Shown piece by piece: positions 12,801 through 24,558 of a stretch of 64,000 nt of DNA. Location of the stretch: positions 148,676,001 to 148,740,000 of the forward strand of contig OZ360227.1 in NCBI GenBank assembly GCA_977017645.1, read 5' to 3'. Each line of letters opens with the position of its first letter. Positions within the stretch are counted from its first letter, which is position 1. The notes beneath the pieces were generated by a model. The model did no database searches and was not told the origin of the DNA. It saw only the letters and a program-made list of their open reading frames with translations. Source of the stretch: Torpedo marmorata (lineage: Eukaryota). The position numbers and the translations under genes were made by a program.

Positions 12801-12934
12801 TATATGTTTGGTGAGGTCCAATCCCGTGCACATACTGTATATTAACAGAAAATTAGATGATTGAACCAACTCAAATTTGTACAGGTGCACAGGATACACA
12901 TGTCGGAGCACAGTAAACCTTTCCAGAATCACCT

Positions 12935-13488
12935 TGTAGCGACTTTGATCCAATAAATAGTCGCTTGGAGGCTAGGTGAGACACTTGTTCGTGACACATT
13001 TCAATTAATTTACTACCAAGTCCAATAGGTTCAAAAGGTTTATTAACACACGATGACTTGTAGCAATCTATAATAACGTAACAATCTTCTTTAACAAAAT
13101 ATGAACGATTCGCGATAACGGTCAATGAAAATTATGGGAGCCTCACTCACCCTCCTCAACTTTATGCCGTCATAAGGCTCAATGCGGGCTAAATGCCTGC
13201 CACAATTGCGCCTAAAGCTTTGCTCTTGCGCAAAGCTTTCCTATCCGCGGACCGCCCGCGCATGCGCCAGCCGGCACTACAATACACCTACCCACTGTGC
13301 ATGTGCCTGCCGGCACTCCAATATACGAACGCACTGAGCATGCTCCAGCCGGCAATCCAATATACGAATGCACTGCGCATGCTCCAACCGGCACTTGCAC
13401 ATTCGCACTACAACAAAGATGGCCTTATAAACCCCGGGATGAAAACTAAACAAGGTAAGTAAACAAATTACCCATTTTGGTTCCTACA
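12935..13488 (-). repeat. 3' LTR of the BEL element (554 bp, four copies of a 39-bp unit)
   Basis: Direct repeat of 18252-18724; GCATG cores at 13260, 13299, 13338 and 13377. Confidence 0.93.
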
Positions 13489-13725
13489 ATACCAGCCCCT
13501 AATTATTATAATGAGACGTAATGTCTTAAATAATAATTACACAATCAAGTACAAATAACAATAAACATATAACATTCAAATAATATACAAATCTTCTTTC
13601 TTCATAAGACCAGAGGTTACCAGCACATAGCCTTGGAAAAGAGTGATCTTTACCATCACTCTGGATCAATAAAGTCTGTAACCTGTGTAGTTGGCAAAAG
13701 CAACAAAATAAAGTCATTTTGTACA

Positions 13726-15165
13726 TCAAAGTTCCTCTGTCTCCAGAATCTTTGAGTTAAAATGTCGACCAGTAAACCTCAAATCTTCCTCAGACAAAAT
13801 AGATACAGTTTTCCTTTTGAATTTAACATCAGGCACTTCTTCAGCATGTTGTTTCACTTTCTTCCTTTCTTCAGCATTCCACTTCTCATAGGAAGAATTT
13901 GAACTCTCAGAACTAGATTTTGAAGAATTATCTGATCCTCTCGATTTTAATAAACGAGTCTCTTTAAACATTCCTGCAACAGATTTGCTCATCTTTTTCT
14001 TTCTTTTCCACAGTTGTTCATAGATAAGGTAAGATTCAAATGACATTATTTCTTCAAACTCATCAACAACCACCACATTTGTAGAAACCTTCTGTAAAGA
14101 GGTCGACTGGTTCCACGTATGGCTCATACAAATCTATTTAACTAAAACTGTAGTCTTTTCAACCACTTTAGTTTCTATTGCCTTTTCCTGCAATTTCACA
14201 TCCAAATTTGCAACTTTCAATTCAGTCTCATTTTCTGACCATTTATTTTGAATCCTTTTATTAGATTCTCTTTCTGTATCCAATTATTTCAATAAGAAAG
14301 TAATTCTCTCATTATCTTCTGAGAAATTAATCACTTGATCTAAAGTGAAAAGATCATGTGATACATCGGTACTTCTACTGTCAGCCCTGCTGTGGTAAAC
14401 TTGAAATATTTGAATTTCTTCATCTTGCTTGTTACATTGCTGCAATGCAATATCACTTTCTTTCTGCTTTGTTAGTAGCTGGGCCTTCAAGTTACATTCT
14501 TAATTGTTTTCTATAGTCAGCTGTTTTGTGTGATTAACCAATGACTTGTTCTCTTTCAAAAGATGAAACTCTTCCTCCAACCTTTTACATCTTGATAATG
14601 CTGAATCTCTTTCCTCAATAACTGTATTTATTTCTTCAGCAGTTATTCTTTTCTTCCACTTTCTGGCTTTGCAAATTATATTTACAATTAAACCTTTCTG
14701 GTTACTGTTTTCATGATTATCCAATATTTCCAATTCCTTTTTCAACATTTTGTTCTCTGAATACAGTTGCATTAAATTGTCAGTCACATTCTTCTTTATT
14801 CAATCAGCACAATTTTCTGCGTTCGCCAGTTTTGCAGCATGTTGCAACATTTCTTCATTGACCTTGTCTGCTGTAACCTCTGAGCTACAAAAGCTACTTT
14901 CAAATTTGTTCTCAATCATTTGTTTTGATCCCGCCTCAGATTTAATTACACAGGAATAATCACCAGTAGTATTTGCAACATCTTCTAATACATAATTTTT
15001 ATCTATTTCTGATGAAAATAATTCCTTCAATGTTGTTTTAGATGCCTTTGATTTATTTTCACATTGATTGTTTTCTTTTCTTCAAGTGACTTTCTTATTT
15101 ACAGTCTTTTGCTGTTCCCTTAACTCATCAAATTTCACAACCAAAATCCTGTTAACATTTATCGC
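13726..15165 (-). pseudogene. Decayed C-terminal coiled-coil frame replacing RT/RNase H/integrase, including a MIPOL1-like segment
   Basis: ORF pieces 14800..15030, 14500..14787, 14284..14490 and 13726..14127 share one frame and are separated only by stops; they follow the BEL post-protease motif VNRILVVKFDELREQQ. Confidence 0.75.
14389..14700 (-). pseudogene. MIPOL1: Captured intronless MIPOL1-like coiled-coil fragment
   Basis: KGLIVNIICKARKWKKRITAEEINTVIEERDSALSRCKRLEEEFHLLKE...LTIENN*ECNLKAQLL...ALQQCNKQDEEIQIFQVYHS resembles, from recall, MIPOL1 KMRITAEEMSALIEERDAALSKCKRLEQELHHVKE...LTAENNQERALKAKLL...LEEEIQTLRVYYS. Confidence 0.78.
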
Positions 15166-15169
15166 TAAC

Positions 15170-17789
15170 TTACTGAGCAATATCATTATTTCTTTCCAAT
15201 GGTCCTTTGATTGTCGAACTAAGCACTGTTTTAATAGCATAAGGTCCATTTCCCCTACTCTGTATTACTTCTAGTGGTTCCAAAGCCTTCGGTACATTTG
15301 AACCAAACTGCATCTCCACCTCAGAATTAACTTCAAGTATATAAACCATCCACAGATAAGACAACTGATGGATATCGTTTTGATGTGGAAAGTTTCCTTC
15401 GTGCACAGGCATAGTCTTCTGAGTGTATAAAATTGGAAGATCACAAAAATCTTTGTCATGTAATCCACAAACATCTAAGCCTGCAACAATGCTGGTTTCA
15501 AGGAGCTTTTCTTGTCCCATGGTTTTCAACATAATCTTCCCTGAAGATTAAGTTTGTTCATTAGTCCCACCGTGCAAAAAGACGCAGTGCTGCCTGGGTC
15601 GAGAAATCCATAAGTACATACTGTTGCATTCCCTTTCTTGCTCTTGTCTTGTACAGGCACTATTGAAAGTTTGCAGTTATCCACACCAGCCCCAGTAAGA
15701 CCACTTGTCTGAACCGAGGCTATAATACTGTTTTCTGATGTTTCCTTTGTTTCTGTTTGCTCCTTTTCCAATTCCTTGCTTCTTTGGTGGATATGCAGCA
15801 TTCTAGGATACTTCAAAGTGCATATGTTACAGTTAAGTCGCTTCTCGCAGTTTTTACTGATGTGGCCTTTACACAGACAGCTACAACATACTCCATTTTC
15901 CTTTAAAAAAGCGATCTTATCATTATGTTCCTTCTTTTCCAACCATAAACACATTTCCAAAGCATGTGCACCTTTACAGAACAAACAACTCTTCTCATTA
16001 GGCAAACTATCCTTTTCCTTAGTTACTTTATCCCTTTCTTTATTTAAAACTGACACAGTAGTAGCAAAACTACTCCTTTTCAATTTCGGACCAGGCTGTG
16101 AGTTAGACCTCCTTACATCTTTGTTCCTCATTGAAGTATCTCTGGTATTCCCATATATTGGATCTGTTTCAATGTACACCTGCCGTTCAAGGAAAACTAC
16201 CAAATTCTTTAAGGTAGCTCTTTGATCGTATTTTTCCTGGAAATCACAAGCCAAATTTCTCCATCTATCCCACATCCGGTAAGGTAATTTATTTAAGATG
16301 ATTCACATATTACCAGGCACGTCAAGCTCACAAATATTATCGATATCTTCCATGGCATTACAATATCCTCTTAAAAAGTGAGTGTATGCTTGTAGAGTTT
16401 TTACATCATTCGGTTTTATTGATGACCATTTAAGAGCTTTATCCATATAAGCTAAAGCAATTTGATGTTTGTTGCCAAAATGCTGTTCGAGTAAAGACTT
16501 AGATCTGTTTAATCCTCTATCCGAAGACATACGTTAACAATTCTTTACAAGTTCCCTTGGCTGTCCTTCTGTGAACATTTCCAAATAATAAAGACATTCT
16601 TCAGGGTCTTGCCATTTATTTTCAATATTGCATCTAAAAGATCTCATGAACGCTTGGTACTGAAGTGGGTCACCATCAAAAGCTTGTATCTCTTTCTTGG
16701 GCAGAGAGACTGTAGTTGGATCAATGATGCAGCGATTTCATTTTGTTTTCCCATGGATGATAGAACGTTGCTCTGTTCACTGCCTCTTGTAACAGGTTCT
16801 GTATCTGGAAACCTCACTGGTGTATGTTCTCCCGTATTTCTGATGCTTGACTCAAATGCCAAGGGAGCTGCAGCGTTTTACCGAACCCAAGCCGCAGCTT
16901 TGTCTGTGGATGTTACCACTGGTACATGTGACTTTATAACACCATGCTCTGGGAGGATTTGTCCTTGTATATGCATGTCTTGTACCCGTGGTACTAAAAT
17001 ATCTACCCTTTTGACTGGTTTCCTTTCCTGTGGCTCTTTTTTAAAATATGATTTCTTATCATCATACACTTTAGATAATTTACTCCGAACACCAGATACC
17101 ATTCAGCCTTCTGGTAGCTCCATTCTGGCCCTGGTAATAGCAATGTTTGCTTCCAGCTCCTGCTGCTCCTTTCTCTGCTTTAGCTGCTGCCTTAGCTGCT
17201 GCTGTCTCTGCCTTTGCTGCTCTTCCTCTTCTTCTAAAACATGTTTATCCTTAATCGATTTTTATCGTGCAAGAAGAGCTGCCAATTCAGCTTTAATCAT
17301 TGTACTTGACGATGCAGAACTTGAAGTATGAGAAACTCTGGAGCTTAAACCAGAAGAACTTTGTTTGCTTCCCCTGCTTTCAACATTTGACACACTGTCA
17401 CTTGATTGTATTTCGTCCTGCAGGTCAGATGTTGACTTCTTACTTACCCCTTTCTCCAATTCAAATTGTACATCCTTTGCATTTTCATCCTCTTCGTTTT
17501 CTTCATCTTTATCATTTTCTTCATCACCATTTGGTGACACATCTTCAGCGATTTCGACGTTGCTGTCTTCATGTTCAGTCGTTGTCTTCTGCAATGGTTT
17601 TGCAATGTCTTCATTCCCATCAACCAAAGTCGTGGCTTCTTCCACCGCCAGCTTCAGTCTTGCAATGAGAACACTTTTATTTCCACTTGTATCTAGTTTC
17701 CATCACCTTAGTTCTTCTTTGAGATCCGCAACCTTCATGTCTTCAATACGTTGATCCTCAACAGCAACATCAGCGGCTGCTGCGGCCAT
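15170..17789 (-). pseudogene. Decayed BEL SAP-Gag-protease polyprotein
   Basis: ATG at 17789 (MAAAAADVAV); SAP domain; acidic linker; DSVSNV/serine-rich and coiled-coil gag region; CLFCKGAHALEMC, CCSCLCKGHISKNC and CNICTLKYPRMLH knuckles; TYGFLDPGSTASF protease; stops and frameshifts. Confidence 0.85.
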
Positions 17790-18251
17790 TTTACTCGTCT
17801 TATTCCACCGTCCGTTGAGCATGCACAACACAAGCCAAATCAACAGTCCCCAATGGACAAGCGGCATCAAAATCCAAACTGTATTCACACTTGCCAAAGA
17901 TACACAGAAGGAGTCATTAGATGTATGCCTACCACTTCAGATGGCTGTAATATACTGCTATTAACAAACGAGTCTCCACCGCAGCATCCGTCAATAATAT
18001 CGCTGATTTTCAAGAAATGGCTTCACCAACGTGTTTATAGGACACTTTACTATAAGATTAGAAGCTCCGAATCCCTCTCTGGCTATTACTCATGGCAGAT
18101 GGATGTGGATTACAAACTGCCCCTAACTCGAGGCATTTCCAAGATGGCCACCATTTTATTTTAAATATCAATCCAAAGCACAGAGAGATTATTTTCTATC
18201 TTCTATCCTTCAATTTTCTGTTCCAATCAATACATTTTTTTGTTGACTAAA

Positions 18252-18724
18252 TGTAGCGACTTCGATCCAATAAATAGTCGCTTGGAGGCTAGGTGAGACA
18301 TTTGTTCGTGACGCATTTCAATTAATTTACTATCAAGTCCAATAGGTTCAAAAAGTTTATTAACACACGATGACTTGTAGCAATATATAATAACGTAACG
18401 ATCTTTAACAAAATATAAACAATCCGCGATAACGGTCAACGAAAATTATGGGAGCCTCACTCACCTTCCTCAACTTTATGCCATCATAAGGCTCAATGTG
18501 GGCTAACTGTCTGCCGCAATCGCGCTTAAAGCTTTGCTCTTGCGCAATGCGTTCCCATCCGTGGACCCCCCACGCATGCGCCAGCCGGCACTCCAATTTG
18601 CGAATGCACTGCGCATGCTCAAACCGGCACTCGCACATGCGCACTACAACAAAGATGGCCTTCTAAACCCCGGGACGCTGACTAAACAAGGTAAGTAAAC
18701 AAATTACCGATTTTGGCTCCGACA
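18252..18724 (-). repeat. 5' LTR of the BEL element (473 bp, two copies of the ~39-bp unit)
   Basis: Direct repeat of 12935-13488. Confidence 0.93.
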
Positions 18725-19003
18725 CACCTTATGTGCATACAGAGTGTAATTCCATCACTTGACACATAACAGTGCTGCATTAAAAAATAGAATTTCTAGG
18801 CCCTGTACTTTCGCAAAGGTACAAGCAATGTTAAAGTTTTGATAGGTACCTGGCTAAGAGTTGAAATCTGAGGAACTGTTTCTACGTCCGTGAAAAGCAA
18901 AATACAAGCAGCTATCTTAAAGCAAAAGACGATGGTAATTAGGTAGACCAAAATAAATGGCAGTGAAGAATGAAACTCCCTTTTCACAAAACTAGTTTTA
19001 GGT

Positions 19004-22000
19004 AGGAAAAATTTAATTGGAAAAAAATTGCATTATAATACGTTACAAACATATAAAATGGAAAAATTAATTGAAAGAACTAAGCAAAGATATTATGAAC
19101 TGGGAGAAAGAGCGCATAAAGTGTAGGCGTGGCAATTAAAGAAAGAACAAACTTCTAGAACTATAAATGCCATAAAAAAGAGTTCAAAGAAAATAACGTA
19201 TAAACCTTGAGAAATAAATGATTCCTTTAAGGAATTTTATTTAAATTTATATAAATCTCAAACTGATAAAGATGATTCTAAAATTAATGAATTTTTATCT
19301 AAAATTAAGTTACCTAGATTAAATACTCAAAGTAAAGAACTTTTAGATTTGTCGTTCTCGATGAGGGAAGTCAATGATGTTCTTAGTTCTTTAACGAGTG
19401 TAAAATCTCCAGGGGAGGATGGTTTCCCATCAGAATTTTATAAAGAGTTTAAGGATTTATTGATACCTCCATATATGGAGGTGTTGAAACAAATAACGGA
19501 AACTCATTCGTTACCGGAAACATTTTCAAATGCAATAATTACAGTTAGACCTAAAAAAGATAGAGATGTGTTGAAAGCAGAATCATATAGACCAATTTCA
19601 TTGTTGAATGTGGATTATAAGATAATGGAATGGCAAAAAATTTAGCAAATAGAGTGGCTAAATATTTACCAGATTTAATCCATGTAGATCAAGCTGGATT
19701 TATTAAGAATAGATATTCAAAAGATAATATAGCTAGATTAATTAGTTTAATAAATGTGGCACAAAAAAAGAGGAATTAGCATTAGTATTAACATTAGATG
19801 CCGAAAAGGCTTTTGACAGATTAGAGTGGAATTATTTATTTAAAGTATTGGGGAAATTTGGTTTTGGGACTACATTTATTAATTAGATTTAAACTATATA
19901 TAAAGAACCTTCTGCTAGAGTGGTGACAAATGGACAGATTTCTTCAAAATTTTCTTTGACTGGGTCATCTCGACAAGGATGTCCTTTGTCACCTGCATTG
20001 TTTATTTTAGCAATAGAACCTTTGGCAGAATTAATTAGACAAGATATTAAGATTGCAGGTATTAAAGTTGGAAGAGAAGAGTATAAAATTAGTTTATTTG
20101 CAGATGATGTATTGATTTATATGACAAAACCTATTACTTCTTTAATACAATTGAATGTTTTATTGAAAGAATACAGGGAAATATCTGGTTATAAGATTAA
20201 TTCTGATAAAAGTGAAATTATGGCATTGACACAAGGGGATTATAGTAAATGTAAAGAAATTACACAATTTAAATGGTCAAAGGAAGGAATTAAATATTTG
20301 GGAATAAAGATTGATACAAAATTAGCCAATGTATATAAATTAAATTATTTACCATTATTTATGAAAATTAAAAAAGATTTAGAAAGTTGGAAGGATTTAC
20401 CTATAACTTTAATAGGAAGGGTAAATTGTATTAAAATGAATGTGTTTCGAAGAATTCAATATCATTTTCAATCAATTCCTTATGAAATTCCTCCAAAATT
20501 CTTTAAAGATTTAAATTTAATTATTAGGAAGTTTTGTGGAAAGGAAAGTTGGCTAGAGTAGGTACGGAGAAATTAACTTGGAATTATGAAATGGGTGGTT
20601 TACAACTTCCTAATTTTCAAAATTATTATAAAGCAGCTCAATTAAAATTTGTTAATGAAATGTTTGATTTAGGAAAATCTTCTGCTTGGATTAGAATAGA
20701 ATTAAATAATATAGGAGAAGATTTGAAAGAAGAAGTTATTTATAAATGGAATTCTAAATTATTATTAACAAGAGGGAAAAATTCTCCTATTTTTAAACAT
20801 TTGTTAGAAATATGGAATAGAGTGGATATGGAGATAGGAGGGAAAGGGTTAATTTCTGGAAAAATGCCTTTATATCAAAATAAACTTATTCCATTTACTG
20901 TTGATAATCAATTATTTAAAATTTGGTTTCAAAAGGTAATTAAGAAAATAAATGATTGTTTTGAAGCTAGTAAATATATTACTTTTCAAAGAATGAAAGA
21001 AAAGTTTAATGTATTAAACAATACACTTTTTGCTTATTATCAAATCAGAGCATTTTTAGTTGAAAGGTTGGGTTATAGTTTGACTTTACCAAGACAAAGT
21101 GAACTGGAATTATTAGTTACTAATGGAGGTGTAAATAAATTTATTTCTCAAATGTATAGATTGTTACAGAGAAAAATGCCTAAATTTGGAACTCACAAAT
21201 CAAGATTAAATTGGGAATCAGATTTGAATGTAACAATAGACGAAGAACATTGGCAAGAATTATGTAAACTAAGTATGACAAAGATTATTAATGTTAGATA
21301 TAGATTCGTGCAATATAATTTTTTTCATCAATTATATTTAACACCTAAAAAATTAAAGAAATTTAATCTGACATTATCTGGTTTATGTTTTAGATGTAAT
21401 AGAGAGGAAGGTTCTTTTGTACATTCTACATGTTTCTGCCCAAAGATATATTATTTTTGGTTGAAAGTTAAAAAAATTTTTAGATAAAGTATTAAGTATT
21501 ACACTTCCAATGGACCCTATGATATTTTTGTTTGGAGATATTAAAATAATTAGTATTAAGATGAAATTAAATATGTATCAAATAGAATTTTTGCGAATTG
21601 CTTTAGATTTTTCTAAGAAATGCATTGCTATTACTTGGAAATCTGATGTAGATTTAGGGTTAGAAAGATGGCATGCAGAACTTCGTTCGTGTATACCACT
21701 TGAAAAAATTACTTATAATTTACGTAATAAATATCATTTCTCTTTGAAAATATGGAGCCCATTTATAAAAACTGTTGGTTTAAGGATTTGAAGATCTCTG
21801 GATATCAGATCTGACTGGCGAACCTATCTTCCACAATAAATTCAGTTTATAGTTGTTCTTTTTTAGATTGACATCTTCCTGACTCTATCTTTTACTTTCT
21901 TTCTTTTCGGGTGGGTTAGGGAGGGGAGGGAGGGAGGGGGGGGTGAAAATGTATCACATGTATTTTGATAATTTTGCATTTTATATTCTGTATTCTGTGA

Positions 22001-22050
22001 TTTAACAAATTTAAATAAAATATATTTTTTTTTAAATAAAAAAAACAAAC
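19004..22050 (+). mobile_element. 5'-truncated L1/Tx1-clade LINE (ORF2 RT and C-terminal region)
   Basis: [34 protein letters not shown]; A-rich tail; 15-bp TSD AAACTAGTTTTAGGT at 18989-19003 and 22051-22065. Confidence 0.93.
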
Positions 22051-22199
22051 AAACTAGTTTTAGGTTATAACCTGAATAATGTACCCTGAATAACATCACT
22101 ATTGGTACAATTAATCAAATACAATTGATCCTTATGTCTGAAAAGAGAATGTTAAAATACTCTTCATACTGTAAGCATCATTTCTCACAAAGGAATTAA

Positions 22200-22402
22200 C
22201 CTGACCTGATCTTCTCTGATAACTCGGCATTGCTTTAGCTTTGTGTAAACCATAAACGAGTTATAAAATACACAAAATGAGACCATATACAGTTACGCCA
22301 ATTTTAAACCCGTATTTTTTACCTATTTATTTTCCGTGAGTTTTTTTGCTGGTTGCTTGAAGCTGCTGGTTGTTTGAATTCCAGATAACAGGGATTTTAC
22401 TG
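22200..22402. mobile_element. Partial copy (one end) of the Tc1/mariner-pogo-type MITE at 32940-33649
   Basis: Ends GGTTGTTTGAATTCCAGATAACAGGGATTTTACTG followed by TA, like 33615-33651. Confidence 0.65.
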
Positions 22403-23194
22403 TAATTACCTTATTGTGCAGGCTTCTTTTAATAGGTGAAGTATTCCCTGTCCATTCATCTACTTGAATGTTCAAAACGCATTTCAGAGGCAAACACCAT
22501 TTGATAGGTTGAATGTAAATTGAAAACTGCTTATAATAATACTGATATGTGGCAGATTATATTTGAGGAAAATTTCAGAACTGGGTCCTGTCCCAATTCA
22601 GTTTTCCTAGTTATTAGATTATTCCATCACCCTGGCCATGTTCTATTCTTGCCACAGGAGGTACAGAAACCTGAAGTCTGGCACCTCCAAATTCAAAAAC
22701 AGTTTTAAAATCAGGCTCTTGAACCCACCTCCCCCCCTCCATAACCCTAACTGTAACACTATTTCAAGACTACCAAACAATTGTCTGTACTGCTAACTCA
22801 GCACAGTCGATTTATTTACAAATGTGAATATTTATTATTTTTTCATTTTTTAAACTTTCCAATACATTGTCATAATTTTTCCTCTCGTTTTGTGTTGTTA
22901 ATTTGTTATAAGTTTTATGTACCTAGGAAGCTGCAGTAATTATGACTTTCATTGCATCTGAACATTGTACTTGTGTATATGACTACAAACATCATTCTTT
23001 ATTCATCATTCATAGTTCCACTATTAACCAGTCTTTCATGAAGTGGCAGCACACTTGGACAATCTATCACAAATTTATCAGTTTAATTAAATGAAGTGAA
23101 TGTTTCAATCTTGTGGTAAATATGCCAACCTTTATTTTATTTTTTTTAAATGTACATTTTTAAATTTAAATCTTTAATTTTTTAAAATTATTTT

Positions 23195-23448
23195 TTTAAA
23201 TTAAAATTTTAATTTAGACATACAGCATAGTAACAGGCAATTTTGGCCCAAGAGCCCGTGCTGTCCAATTACATCCAATTGACCTACAACCCCGGTATGT
23301 TTCGAACGGTGGGAGAAAACTGGAGCCCCCGGGGAAAACCCACGCAGACACGGGGAGAACGTACAGACAGCGTGGGATTCGAACCCCAGTCCCGATTGCT
23401 GGTGCTGTAACAGCGTTGCGCTAACTGCTACGCTAACCGTGCCGCCCC
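23195..23448 (-). mobile_element. tRNA-derived V-SINE with (AAATTT)n tail
   Basis: Head GGGGCGGCACGGTTAGCGTAGCAGTTAGC with B-box GGTTCGAATCCC; V-domain GTTCTCCCCGTGTCTGCGTGGGTTTTCCCCGGGGGCTCCAGTTTTCTCCCAC. Confidence 0.85.
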
Positions 23449-23449
23449 T

Positions 23450-24558
23450 TATTGAGGACATGGGTTAAGCGCGAAAGGGGAAAAGTTTCGGAGCCACTGT
23501 AACGGCAGTGCTGCCGCTGGTGCGGACCCGCGGGGAGCGAGGAGCGGAGATACAGTGCTCCCGCGGGGTCCAACCACCCAGTCAACTGCCATCAGCACCG
23601 CACAGGCTTTGAACGGCCCGTTAAAGGAGCCGATGGTAGTTTTATTTAAAATCCCGCGACCACGGGGTCTGCTCCCAAGATGACAGCGCCTCTGATCAGC
23701 AGCAGCCACGAGGGGTTGCAGACTCCAGGGGAGCGGAGGACTGGTGCAGGGCACCAGAAAACGAGGAGACCATCCCCCGTCTGAGAAGGAGAAGCAGAGG
23801 AGATGACCCACGGGACGGTGACCATGATGGCGGACCAGTGAGGGGGCTCTGCGGCTGAAAGACCAATGCATGCGGCGGGCTGCTGGTGACTTGAGGCGAG
23901 GAACCCGCGGAAGCTGTGGGCTGCTGGAGACTGCTGTCGGGAGACTTGCGCCTGGATGTGGACTGCTGAAGACTGGCTCAAACTGGCTGAAGGGGTACCA
24001 GGTATCGGAACCAGGATGCGAGGGGGTGCCGAGGGCGCTGAGTGGTTCCTGACCGTGTCGGAGGTTCGGATCTGGAGCTCGGGTTGCCAATGGTTTGGAC
24101 TGGACTCTATGTGGCTGCGGAGGCTGCAGAAGCGCTGGAGGCGAATCTATGGACACTGGGTGACTCTGGGGGGACTCTCTTTTGCTTCTCTTTCTCTGAC
24201 TATAAGAGGCGCTTCAGGCAATTTCTGCCGATGGCGAATCTGTCTGCCTTACAGCAGGCAAAAACAATTTTGTGTAATATGACACTGTTTTATTGCATGA
24301 CAATAAATTGAATCTTGAATCATGAACTTCTTCACTCAGAGAGTGGTGGGAGTGTGGAACGAGCTTCCAGCAGAAGTGGTAGGTGCAGGCTCGATTTTAA
24401 CATTTAAGGGAAATTTGGACAGGTATATGGATGGGAGAGGTATGGAGGGCTATGGACTGAGTGCAGGTCAGTGGGACTAGGCAAGAAAAAGTTGTTTTGG
24501 CACAGACTAGAGGGGCCGAAGAGGCCTGTTTCTGTGCTGTAATTGTTCTATGGTTCTG
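23450..24558 (+). mobile_element. CR1 3'-end fragment split by the GC-rich retroposon
   Basis: GAGGACATGGGTTAAG...GAAAAGTTT (to 23488) resumes as GAACTTCTTCACTCAGAGAGTGGTG near 24324; GTTCTATGGTTCT tail. Confidence 0.8.
23489..24321 (+). mobile_element. GC/CpG-rich non-autonomous retroposon with a stem-loop and (TTGAATC)n tail
   Basis: Interrupts a CR1; second copy at 1-92; ends GACAATAAATTGAATCTTGAATC. Confidence 0.75.

Larger units (their letters stand above)
12935..18724 (-). mobile_element. BEL/Pao LTR retrotransposon, non-autonomous (no RT/RNase H/integrase), carrying host-like domains
   Basis: LTRs 12935-13488 and 18252-18724 with TGT...ACA ends; 5-bp TSD CACCT (12930-12934, 18725-18729); PPT-like TTAGGGGCTGGTA next to the 3' LTR; BEL gag FDGDPLQY motif, three Cys/His knuckles, protease FLDPGS. 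Confidence 0.92.

Noticed and set aside
12901-12909. TGTCGGAGC matching the reverse complement of the BEL element's right end
   Set aside because: Only 9 bp and outside the TSD; likely chance.
16609-17331. 240-aa plus-strand ORF
   Set aside because: Antisense shadow of the BEL gag with no recognisable motifs.
23449-24156. 235-aa Pro/Ser-rich ORF
   Set aside because: Expected from stop-poor GC-rich repeat DNA; it crosses an element boundary and has no domain.
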